Position numbers and translations under genes: made by a program | Assembly: GCA_902532595.1 (NCBI GenBank) | Contig: CACAIN010000001.1 | Span: 46,943-110,942, forward strand | Source of the DNA: an uncultured Pelagibacteraceae bacterium | GTDB taxonomy: Bacteria; Pseudomonadota; Alphaproteobacteria; Pelagibacterales; Pelagibacteraceae | Direction of reading: 5' to 3' | Length of the DNA: 64,000 bases | In this document: one piece after another, positions 1 through 8,911 of the stretch | Layout of the letters: the number at the start of each line of letters is the position of its first letter | Numbering within the stretch: position 1 is the first letter of the stretch | Notes under the pieces: model-generated | Told to the model about the DNA's origin: nothing | The model's input: only the letters and a program-made list of their open reading frames with translations | Databases searched by the model: none

Positions 1-78
1 TAATATACTGAAAGCCAAGGATTGTTTAACTGCTTTTAAATCAAATAATCTATCAGGCTTAATCTTATTCTTGGGCAT
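1..78 (-). CDS. N-terminal fragment of an unidentified protein running off the window start (MPKNKIKPDRLFDLKAVKQSLAFSIL...)
   Basis: ATG at 78 on the minus strand, open to position 1, divergent from msbA. Confidence 0.45.
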   Translation of the reverse strand, partial: MPKNKIKPDRLFDLKAVKQSLAFSIL

Positions 79-99
79 TTTGTCAATAAATTTATAAAA

Positions 100-1842
100 A
101 TGAAATTTGAAGAATTAAAATTAATACTTAAAAGACTATACAAAGAATATATTGTAAAACATCTTAAAAGAATATTTTTAGCACTAGCTCTCTCTATTCT
201 AGTAGCGGGTAGTACTTCAAGTATAGCTTGGCTTTTAGACCCAGCTGTAAAAAAAATTTTTGTCGAGCAAGATAGAACATTAGCGTGGTTAATTCCATTA
301 ACAATAATCTTAGCTTTTACAACAAAAGGCTTATCATTATACTTTGCAAGAATTAATATAATTAGAGTTGCTCAAGAAGTTTCAGGAGAAATTCAAAAAA
401 AAATTTCAAGTAATATTTTATTTTCCGATATCAAAACTTTAGATAGTCGACATTCAGGTAAATATGTTTCAAATATAATGTTTGATTCACATCAAGTTCA
501 GCACCTTGTTGGAGTTGGTGTTTTGAACTTAATGAAAGATAGCTTTTCAGTTGTCGCCTTAGTTTCTTTAATGTTTTATCAAAACTGGAAGTTAGCTTTA
601 TTTGCTATTTTAATGATACCGCTTGCAGGAGGTCTTGCCAAAAATTTAGGAAAAAGAGTTGGAAAAGTTATTTCAGAGGCTGGAGAAATTTCTGGAAAAT
701 TAGCTACCTTCTTATCTGAAATATTTAAAGGCTCTAAAATGATAAGGATTTACCAAAAAGAAGAGATTGAAAATCAAAGGGCAAATAAACTAATTGATGA
801 TCTGGTAGAGAAAAATATAAAACACAATAGTGTAATTATTAGAGCAACACCAATCATGGAAACTTTAACAGGGATAATGATTGCAGGATTTATATTTTTT
901 TCAGGAAAACTGATTGCTTCTGGTGAATTAGAAGTAAATAATTTTTTTTCTTTTCTTGCTGCGATGATGTTGGCATACCAACCAATTAGGTCTTTAGCTA
1001 CAATTAATATGGTTGCATATCAAGGAGCGGCAGCTTTTAAAAGAATATCTAGTATTATTGACAGAGAAATAGAAATTAAAAACAAAATAGACTTGCCCGA
1101 ACTTAAAATTGATAAATGTAAGATTAATTTTACCAATATTAATTTTAAATATGACACAACAGAAGAAAAAGCATTAAAAGATCTAAATTTAGAAATTAAT
1201 GGAGGATCTATGTCAGCGTTAGTAGGTCATAGTGGAGCTGGAAAAAGTACAATAATCAATCTTCTACCTAGATTTTATGACCCGCAAGGAGGAAGCATAA
1301 GCATAGATGATCAGAAAATTACCAGTGTAAATCTACAATCTCTTAGAAAAAATATTTCACTAGTAAGCCAAGATGTAATTTTGTTTGACGATACAATTAA
1401 AAATAACATTGCATATGCCAATACGAGTGCCTCTGAAGATGAAATTGTAAGAGCTTGTAAATTTGCTGCAGCCGAAGAATTTATTAATAAATTACCCCAT
1501 AATTATAATACTATTGTTGGAGAAAATGGAGTTAGACTTTCAGGTGGTCAAAAGCAAAGAATATCTATAGCTCGAGCGATTCTTAAAAAATCTCCAATAA
1601 TATTACTAGATGAGGCAACATCTTCTCTAGATGCTGACTCCGAAGAAGTTGTGCAAACTGCAATAAGTAATTTGACTAAAAACAAAACAACTATTGTAAT
1701 TGCGCATAGACTTTCGACAATCCACAATGCTGATAAAATTTTTGTATTAAAAAATGGAAGTGTGATTGATTCAGGAAATCATGATCAGTTAATTAATAAT
1801 TGTAAAGAATATAAATCTCTATATGAAAAACAATTAAAATAA
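100..1842 (+). CDS. msbA: Lipid A flippase ABC transporter (TMD+NBD)
   Basis: Multi-TM N-terminus, GHSGAGKST Walker A, LSGGQKQR signature, LLDEATS; first gene of a lipid A operon. Confidence 0.9.
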   Translation: MKFEELKLILKRLYKEYIVKHLKRIFLALALSILVAGSTSSIAWLLDPAVKKIFVEQDRTLAWLIPLTIILAFTTKGLSLYFARINIIRVAQEVSGEIQKKISSNILFSDIKTLDSRHSGKYVSNIMFDSHQVQHLVGVGVLNLMKDSFSVVALVSLMFYQNWKLALFAILMIPLAGGLAKNLGKRVGKVISEAGEISGKLATFLSEIFKGSKMIRIYQKEEIENQRANKLIDDLVEKNIKHNSVIIRATPIMETLTGIMIAGFIFFSGKLIASGELEVNNFFSFLAAMMLAYQPIRSLATINMVAYQGAAAFKRISSIIDREIEIKNKIDLPELKIDKCKINFTNINFKYDTTEEKALKDLNLEINGGSMSALVGHSGAGKSTIINLLPRFYDPQGGSISIDDQKITSVNLQSLRKNISLVSQDVILFDDTIKNNIAYANTSASEDEIVRACKFAAAEEFINKLPHNYNTIVGENGVRLSGGQKQRISIARAILKKSPIILLDEATSSLDADSEEVVQTAISNLTKNKTTIVIAHRLSTIHNADKIFVLKNGSVIDSGNHDQLINNCKEYKSLYEKQLK

Positions 1843-1847
1843 AATGA

Positions 1848-3095
1848 ATGCTGTTAATTTATAAATTTTTAACTTTTGCTTTATATCCTTTTTTTATAAT
1901 TTTAATTTATATAAGAAAGTTTTTTAATAAAGAAGATAATAAAAGATTTAAAGAAAAAATTTTTTCTTCAAAACTTCAAGAAAATAAGAATAAAAAACGT
2001 ATTTGGTTTCATGCTGCAAGTATAGGTGAGGTTCAAAGCATTTTACCACTAGTAAAAAAAATTAATGAAAACAATAAAGATATTAATATTATAATTACAA
2101 CGATAACTTTAACATCGGGCAATTTGATTAAAGAAAAATTATCTGATTATTCTAATATTTGTCATAAATACCTTCCATTAGATATTAATTTTCTAGTAAA
2201 AAATTTTTTAGATGTCTGGAAACCAGACATGGCTTTATTTGTTGACTCAGAAATATGGCCTAACTTTCTTTTTGAAATTAAGAAAAGAAAAGTTCCTCTT
2301 GTACTTTTGAATGGAAGAATTACAAAAAAAACTTTTTTAAGATGGAGTCTAATTCCTAAAATAGCAAAAAAAATTTTTCAAACTTTTGATTTATGTTTAA
2401 CTTCAAACAATGAAACTAAAAAATATCTTGAAAATTTTTCTGTAAAAAATATTAAAAATTTAGGAAATATAAAGTTTGCTGCAGAACATATAAATTTAGG
2501 TAATAATTTTAAAAAAAATTTTTGGTGTGCGGTCAGCACCCACCAACAGGAAAATTTAATTTGCTTAAAAACTCACTTAATATTAAAGGAGAAATATCCA
2601 AATCTCACTTCAATAATTATTCCTAGACATACAGATAAAGTAAATAAGATTGCAATACTCTGCGAAAAAATGAAACTAAAATTCAAGATATTGTCAAATA
2701 ATGAAAAGATAGAAGACAATGAAGAAATAATAATAGTCAATTCTTATGGCTCAGTATCTTATTATTTAAATTTTTGCAAAAGTGTTTTTATAGGAAAATC
2801 TTTGATCAAAAAACTGAGTTTAGTAGGAGGTCAAAATCCAATAGAGGCAGCAAAACTTGGATGTAAAATATACCACGGACCTTATATCTATAATTTTAAA
2901 GAAATATATGATCTTTTAAGTAAATATAAAATTTCTGAAAAAATTAATGACGAAAAAGAGTTATCAAATAAATTAGACTCTGACTTTAATAAACCAAATA
3001 TAATTGATCATAAAACAATACAAGATATTAATAATTTAGGAAAAAAAATTTTAAACGAGACTTATTCTGAATTAAAAACAATTAATATGTTATGA
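1848..3095 (+). CDS. waaA: 3-deoxy-D-manno-octulosonic acid (Kdo) transferase
   Basis: IWFHAASIGE, DSEIWPN and GGQNPIEAA motifs. Confidence 0.93.
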   Translation: MLLIYKFLTFALYPFFIILIYIRKFFNKEDNKRFKEKIFSSKLQENKNKKRIWFHAASIGEVQSILPLVKKINENNKDINIIITTITLTSGNLIKEKLSDYSNICHKYLPLDINFLVKNFLDVWKPDMALFVDSEIWPNFLFEIKKRKVPLVLLNGRITKKTFLRWSLIPKIAKKIFQTFDLCLTSNNETKKYLENFSVKNIKNLGNIKFAAEHINLGNNFKKNFWCAVSTHQQENLICLKTHLILKEKYPNLTSIIIPRHTDKVNKIAILCEKMKLKFKILSNNEKIEDNEEIIIVNSYGSVSYYLNFCKSVFIGKSLIKKLSLVGGQNPIEAAKLGCKIYHGPYIYNFKEIYDLLSKYKISEKINDEKELSNKLDSDFNKPNIIDHKTIQDINNLGKKILNETYSELKTINML

Positions 3096-4021
3096 AAATG
3101 AATAAACCAAAATTTTGGGAAGATAGTAATAGTTTAATACCTTTTTTTCTTTTCCCTTTTGCATTTTTTTTTCAAATTATTGTAAAAATAAAAAAAATAA
3201 TTACTGTCAAAGAAAGATTCAATATTCCTATAATTTGTATCGGTAATATTTATCTTGGCGGCACTGGAAAAACACCCTTGTCAATATTAATAGCTAAAGA
3301 ATTAAAAAGAATTAAAAAAAAACCTGCTATTATCAAGAAGTATTATTCAGATCATGCCGATGAACATCTTTTAATTAAAAGCAAACTAAATTGTCTTTTT
3401 CTAAATCATCAAAGATCCAAAGCTATATATGATGCACAAGAAAAAAAATTCGATGTAGCTATACTGGATGATGGATTTCAAGATTTCTCAATAAATAAGA
3501 ATTTAAATTTATTGTGCTTTAATAATGAACAATTAATTGGTAATGGCTGGACTTTGCCAGCGGGACCATTAAGAGAAAACTTAAGTTCTTTGAAAAGAGT
3601 TAATATAATTTTAATTAATGGAAAAAAAAACTTAGAATTTGAAAAAAAAGTTTTTAAGCTTTCAAATAAAATTAAAATTTTTTATTCAAAATATTTACCA
3701 TTAAATTTAAAAAATTTTAAAAACAAAAAACTCCTGGCTTTTGCTGGAATTGGTAATCCAAAAAATTTTTTTAAAATACTATCTGAGCACAAGCTGCAAG
3801 TGAAAAAGAAATACCAATTTCCAGATCATTACAATTTTAATAAATCAGAGCTTCAATCAATGATAGACTTATCTAAAAAAAATAATTATCAAATAATAAC
3901 AACTGAAAAAGATTATTATAGAATTAAACATTATGGTTTTAAAAATATCAAATATCTTAAAATTGAATTAAAAATTCCTGAAAAAGATAAGTTAATAAAA
4001 GAAATTCAAAAATTTTTATGA
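3092..4021 (+). CDS. lpxK: Tetraacyldisaccharide 4'-kinase
   Basis: IGNIYLGGTGKTP, LDDGFQ, PAGPLRE, AGIGNP, FPDH and TTEKD motifs. Confidence 0.95.
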   Translation: MKMNKPKFWEDSNSLIPFFLFPFAFFFQIIVKIKKIITVKERFNIPIICIGNIYLGGTGKTPLSILIAKELKRIKKKPAIIKKYYSDHADEHLLIKSKLNCLFLNHQRSKAIYDAQEKKFDVAILDDGFQDFSINKNLNLLCFNNEQLIGNGWTLPAGPLRENLSSLKRVNIILINGKKNLEFEKKVFKLSNKIKIFYSKYLPLNLKNFKNKKLLAFAGIGNPKNFFKILSEHKLQVKKKYQFPDHYNFNKSELQSMIDLSKKNNYQIITTEKDYYRIKHYGFKNIKYLKIELKIPEKDKLIKEIQKFL

Positions 4022-4875
4022 TTAAATTTATAAAATACTTTATTCAAGCAATTTTAGTTTACTTTTCTTTTTTGATCATGAAGATAATTGGTCTTAGATT
4101 GAGCCGCTATCTATTTTCTTTTATCTTTAAATTCATCGGTCCTATAATAAGAAAAAACAGTATTGCAATAAAGAATTTATTAAGATTTCAAAAAAATCTT
4201 GATAGAGAAAAGCAAAATGAAATCATTTCAAAAATGTGGTCAAACTACGGAATGACATTTGTTGAATACATTTTTTTAAAAAATTTTAGAGAAAGAAATT
4301 CCCATATAAAAATTGAAGGAGAAAAAATTTTGGATACAGTGCTTGAAAATAAAAAACCTGTGATATTTATATCTGGTCATTTTGCTAATTTCGAACTTAT
4401 GTCTATGGAAATTACAAAAAAAAATATTAATTTAGCTACTATTTATAGACCTTTAAATAATTATTTTTTAAATCCATTTATGGAATATTTAAGAGTTAAA
4501 TTTATTTGCAATAACCAAATTAAAAAAGGAATTGGAGGAGTCAAAGAAGCAATAAATTTTATAAATAAAGGTCATAGTATTGCTCTTATGATTGATCAAA
4601 GAGTTAGTGAAGGAGAAAAAATAAAATTCTTTAATGAAGACGCACTTACGACCACTTTACCTGCACAATTAGCACTTAAATTTGATTTAGATATTATTCC
4701 AATTTATTTAGAAAGAAAAAATAATAATTCTTTTTTTATGAAAATAAATAAGCCAATTGATTTATCAAAATTAAATAATAAAACAGATGTTTCAAAAAAA
4801 TTAAATCAAATTTTGGAAGATATGATAACTCAAAACCCCTACCAATGGATTTGGACTCATAACAGGTGGAAATAA
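4018..4875 (+). CDS. lpxL: Lipid A late acyltransferase (LpxL/HtrB family)
   Basis: GHFANFE catalytic motif, MIDQ, C-terminal PYQWIWTHNRWK. Confidence 0.85.
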   Translation: MIKFIKYFIQAILVYFSFLIMKIIGLRLSRYLFSFIFKFIGPIIRKNSIAIKNLLRFQKNLDREKQNEIISKMWSNYGMTFVEYIFLKNFRERNSHIKIEGEKILDTVLENKKPVIFISGHFANFELMSMEITKKNINLATIYRPLNNYFLNPFMEYLRVKFICNNQIKKGIGGVKEAINFINKGHSIALMIDQRVSEGEKIKFFNEDALTTTLPAQLALKFDLDIIPIYLERKNNNSFFMKINKPIDLSKLNNKTDVSKKLNQILEDMITQNPYQWIWTHNRWK

Positions 4876-4879
4876 ATAA

Positions 4880-5077
4880 TTATTTTTTTTTCAAATCTGC
4901 AAATCGAAGATTTACTTCAAGAGGTGAAAAATATGCTTCTTGTAATTTTACGTTCCAGTAGAGCAATTTATCTAATGGTATTTGTTTTCCTGAAACTGCA
5001 CAAATCACAAAATCACCTTCCTCTATTATGTCAAAAGCATTGTTTTTATATCTAAGTTTAGCTTTTTTTTTACTCAT
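4880..5077 (-). CDS. DUF2093-like small alphaproteobacterial protein
   Basis: GDFVICAVSG..IPL..L.YWNV..QEAY motif. Confidence 0.8.
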   Translation of the reverse strand: MSKKKAKLRYKNNAFDIIEEGDFVICAVSGKQIPLDKLLYWNVKLQEAYFSPLEVNLRFADLKKK

Positions 5078-5107
5078 CTATAAATTATATATAATATATT
5101 TTTTCAT

Positions 5108-6367
5108 ATGAATATTGCTTTAATAGGAAGTGGTGGTAGAGAACATGCACTTTGTCAAAAAATATACCAATCTAAATTATCTAAAAATATAATCTGTATA
5201 CCTGGAAACGCAGGAACCTCAACAATTGCGAAAAATATAAACATAAATTTCCTAAACTTTAAAAATTTACTCAGAACTATTAAATCAAACAAAATAGACC
5301 TTGTTATTGTTGGTCCTGAAGAACCTTTGGTAAAGGGTTTGGTTGATTTTTTAAATAAGAACAAAATAAAGGTTTTTGGGCCTAATAAATATGCAGCAAA
5401 ACTAGAGGGTTCAAAAGCATTCATGAAATCTATTTGCAAAAAATATAAAATTCCAACAGCACAGTTTAAGATTTGTACAAATAGAAAGAGTGTAAATAAT
5501 TTTCTAAAAACATGTAAAATGCCTTTAGTTGTTAAGGCAGATGGTTTAGCGGCCGGGAAAGGAGTGGCTATTTGTAAATCAAAAAAGCAAGTAATTAGTT
5601 TTTCAAATGAAATATTTCAAGGTAAATTTAAATCATCTAAGAAATTAGTTCTAGAGGAATTCTTGGAAGGTGAAGAGGCTAGCTATTTTTTAATTGTTGA
5701 CAAAAAAGGATATAAATTTTTTGGTTCAGCACAAGATCATAAACGTGTTGGTGAAAATGATAAAGGTCCTAACACTGGAGGAATGGGTGCATACTCTCCA
5801 GCTCCAATTATTAACAAAAATCTAGAAAAAAAAATTATTAATAAAATTGTCAATCCAACGTTAATAGCTTTAAAAAAGAAAAGAAAACCATACACAGGAT
5901 TTCTATATGTTGGTTTAATGATTAAAAATAACGAACCTTATCTAATAGAATACAATATCAGAATGGGAGATCCGGAATGTCAAGTAATTCTTCCAAGATT
6001 AAATACAGACATATTAAAAATTTTTAACAATGTGTTAAAAAATAAAATAAAAAAAACTAAGATTAGTTGGAAAAAAAATAAATGTATGACTATAGTTATG
6101 TGCTCAAAAGGCTATCCAGGAAAATATAAAAATAATAAAATAATTAAAAATATTAAAAAAATTAAACTTAAAAAAAATTCTTTTATTTTTCATGCGGGAA
6201 CAAAAATTATTAACAATGAATTACTCTCAAATGGTGGCAGAGTCTTAAACATCACCTCTACAGGTAAAAAATTTTTAGAAATTAGAAAAAATATTTTCAG
6301 AATTATAAAAAAACTTAATTGGAAAGATGGTTTTTTTAGAAAAGATATTGGATGGAGAGTGATTTAA
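5108..6367 (+). CDS. purD: Phosphoribosylamine-glycine ligase
   Basis: GSGGREHA, VGPEEPL, KADGLAAGKGV, GPNTGGMGAYSP. Confidence 0.97.
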   Translation: MNIALIGSGGREHALCQKIYQSKLSKNIICIPGNAGTSTIAKNININFLNFKNLLRTIKSNKIDLVIVGPEEPLVKGLVDFLNKNKIKVFGPNKYAAKLEGSKAFMKSICKKYKIPTAQFKICTNRKSVNNFLKTCKMPLVVKADGLAAGKGVAICKSKKQVISFSNEIFQGKFKSSKKLVLEEFLEGEEASYFLIVDKKGYKFFGSAQDHKRVGENDKGPNTGGMGAYSPAPIINKNLEKKIINKIVNPTLIALKKKRKPYTGFLYVGLMIKNNEPYLIEYNIRMGDPECQVILPRLNTDILKIFNNVLKNKIKKTKISWKKNKCMTIVMCSKGYPGKYKNNKIIKNIKKIKLKKNSFIFHAGTKIINNELLSNGGRVLNITSTGKKFLEIRKNIFRIIKKLNWKDGFFRKDIGWRVI

Positions 6368-6375
6368 AAAGTTAT

Positions 6376-6939
6376 ATGAGAATAATAAGCGGAAAATCTA
6401 AAGGGAAAAAAATCAACTTTTTAAAAACTTTTACAACAAGACCTTTGAAGGATTCTGTAAGAGAAAGTATTTTTAATATAATAACCCATTCAAATTTATT
6501 TAATATTAATCTCGAAAAAACAAATGTTTTAGATCTTTATTCAGGTTTTGGATCTTTTGGTTTAGAATGTTTATCAAGAGGAGCAAATAATATCACTTTT
6601 ATTGAAAAGGATAAAACAGTAGCTAAAATTTTAAAAAAAAATTTAATTTCTTTTTCCTCTCAAGAGAAAGCCATAGTTATAATCAATGAAATAGAAAAAT
6701 TTTTAGAAAGAGAAAAATTAGAAAAGTTTGAAATAATCTTCTTAGATCCTCCCTTTAAAGAAAATACTTACCTGGATGTATTAAAAAATATAAAAAAGAA
6801 AAAGATCTTTAAAAAAAACCACATTGTAATCATCCATAGAGAAAAAAGATCTAACGATAATCTTAATAATATTTTAACTCCATTGATAATAAAACAGTAT
6901 GGCCGTTCAAAAATTATTTTTGGAAAGTTCTTAAGCTAG
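6376..6939 (+). CDS. rsmD: 16S rRNA m2G966 methyltransferase (start moved to ATG 6376)
   Basis: MRIISGK..G, TRP...VRES.FN, LDLYSGFG, FLDPPF. Confidence 0.92.
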   Translation: MRIISGKSKGKKINFLKTFTTRPLKDSVRESIFNIITHSNLFNINLEKTNVLDLYSGFGSFGLECLSRGANNITFIEKDKTVAKILKKNLISFSSQEKAIVIINEIEKFLEREKLEKFEIIFLDPPFKENTYLDVLKNIKKKKIFKKNHIVIIHREKRSNDNLNNILTPLIIKQYGRSKIIFGKFLS

Positions 6940-8097
6940 GATTTTCTTTGTATTGTTTTTTACTTGCTCAACTGCAGGCTGATTAAAAGGATTGATATTT
7001 ATAGTTTTTCCTACAATTGAAGTTTCTAACATAAAATATGCAAATAATTCTCCTATGACTTCCTCGCTGAAATTTCTTATTTTAAATTCTCTATAGGGAA
7101 TTTTATTTTTCTTTAAAATCGATAGAAAAGCATTTTTTTGTGCTAGTTTAATTTTAGACAAACTGTCGTTATATTTTGAATCTAAGCTAAAAATATAAAA
7201 TATTTTATCTCTGGGACCGTCTAGGTATAGCTGTAATAAACTATGATGATCTTTCGGCGCTGGCGATATTACAGGCAAAAAACCCTTCCCTTTTTTACCC
7301 AAACTTTCTGCTATAAGTTGCTGACACCAGTATAGAAATTCATTTAATTGAGGGGCATAGTTGAAAAAAATTAAATTTTTAAATTTATTATTATTTAATA
7401 AATTCGCTAATTTTTTAACACTTTCTTTCAGAAATTCTTTATTTTTAGAATTTAAATGACTCAGAATGTTTTTTCTAATTTTAAAAATATTCACTCCCAT
7501 CAAATGAGCTGGCAACAAACCTACTTCGGATAATACAGAATATCTTCCTCCAATATAATTTTTGTGCACTATATGATGTAATTGAAATTTTTTAGATATT
7601 AAATAAAGAGGATTATTACTTTTTTCAGAAATAATTATAATATTTTTGGCTTTTTTTTTAATTATTTTTAAAGTTTCAAAATTAGATAATGTTTCAAGTG
7701 TTTTTCCTGATTTAGAAATTATTATAAAAAGGGTATTGTAAAAATTATTTTTTTTAATTTTTATTAATTTATTCTCATCTATATTATTTATAAAAATAAA
7801 ATTTTTTTTAATTTTCTTCTTTAAAAAAGAATATATAGCTTCCGCACCTAGTATTGAGCCTCCCATTCCAATAATAACCACAGTTTTAAATTTTTGAAAT
7901 TTTTTAAGATCTTTAAATTTAAAATTAAATTCAAATTTCCTACTTAGAGAGTGATATGTATTTTTTGTTGAGTCTAAATTATCTATTAAATTCTTAAAAA
8001 TTTTATTAAAATTTTTATCTATTTTTTTATTATATTTTGAATTTAAATAATTATGTTGAATAAAATTTTTATAGATTATGTTTTTATTTTTTTTCAC
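6931..8097 (-). CDS. pgi: Glucose-6-phosphate isomerase (short form)
   Basis: IGMGGS, SKSGKT, GGRYSVLS, QLIAESLGK, NPFNQPAVE..K. Confidence 0.85.
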   Translation of the reverse strand: MKKNKNIIYKNFIQHNYLNSKYNKKIDKNFNKIFKNLIDNLDSTKNTYHSLSRKFEFNFKFKDLKKFQKFKTVVIIGMGGSILGAEAIYSFLKKKIKKNFIFINNIDENKLIKIKKNNFYNTLFIIISKSGKTLETLSNFETLKIIKKKAKNIIIISEKSNNPLYLISKKFQLHHIVHKNYIGGRYSVLSEVGLLPAHLMGVNIFKIRKNILSHLNSKNKEFLKESVKKLANLLNNNKFKNLIFFNYAPQLNEFLYWCQQLIAESLGKKGKGFLPVISPAPKDHHSLLQLYLDGPRDKIFYIFSLDSKYNDSLSKIKLAQKNAFLSILKKNKIPYREFKIRNFSEEVIGELFAYFMLETSIVGKTININPFNQPAVEQVKNNTKKILA

Positions 8098-8408
8098 TTG
8101 CCAATTTTATTAAGTATAGATTGCTCTACTGATTTAGAACTTTTTGATGGAGAAGTTTCTTTAGAAATTTTAAAAATTTTATCAATTTCTTTGATTTTAT
8201 CTTTTTGTGAAGACTCTAAAGAACCCGGTTTTGGCAAAGTTTCATAATCTGGGGGTAAAGCCAAGGGTTGTCTCTTTTTTACAAGAAATTCATCAGTAGT
8301 TTTTACTTTTTCATTTCTTAAAACTTTTCCTGCATCTGATAAACTTCCACAAGAGTAAGTGAAAAGCAAAAAGATAAATGATATAATTATTTTATAAATT
8401 TTTTCCAT
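8094..8408 (-). CDS. DUF3035-like lipoprotein
   Basis: Lipobox-like YSC, DEFLVKKRQPLALPPDY motif; follows lspA as in other alphaproteobacteria. Confidence 0.75.
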   Translation of the reverse strand: MEKIYKIIISFIFLLFTYSCGSLSDAGKVLRNEKVKTTDEFLVKKRQPLALPPDYETLPKPGSLESSQKDKIKEIDKIFKISKETSPSKSSKSVEQSILNKIGK

Positions 8409-8910
8409 TTTTTAAAAATAAATCTTTGCTGATTAACATAATAATTCCAATGGTAATAAATATATCTGCGATATTAAATGTAAACCAGTGAAAATTTTGA
8501 TAATGAATGTCTATAAAATCTGGAACAGCAAAATAAACCAACCGATCATAGAAATTACCTAATGCACCACCCATCACTAAAGAAAATAACATTTTATCTA
8601 AAAAATTTGACTTAACAATTAAATAGATCAAAAAAATTATGATGGCTCCAATTATTATAGTTATCAAATTATAAACTAAATCAGAATTAGAGCTTAAAAG
8701 GCCAAATCCAATTCCTGTATTCCAGACTAAGTCGAAATTCATAAAGTCATTAATGTAAACTCGATTATTGTCTATTTGATGATTTATTATTTTGATTTTA
8801 GATATCCTATCAGAGACAAATATTAAAATTATTATTAAAAGACAAATCAAGTTATTTTTTTGACTAATAAAAGAAAAATTTTTTTTTTCAATTTTTTTAA
8901 AAATATTCAT
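8392..8910 (-). CDS. lspA: Lipoprotein signal peptidase II
   Basis: WNTGIGFG, GALGNFYDR, VPDFID, FNIAD. Confidence 0.95.
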   Translation of the reverse strand: MNIFKKIEKKNFSFISQKNNLICLLIIILIFVSDRISKIKIINHQIDNNRVYINDFMNFDLVWNTGIGFGLLSSNSDLVYNLITIIIGAIIIFLIYLIVKSNFLDKMLFSLVMGGALGNFYDRLVYFAVPDFIDIHYQNFHWFTFNIADIFITIGIIMLISKDLFLKNGKNL

Positions 8911-8911
8911 T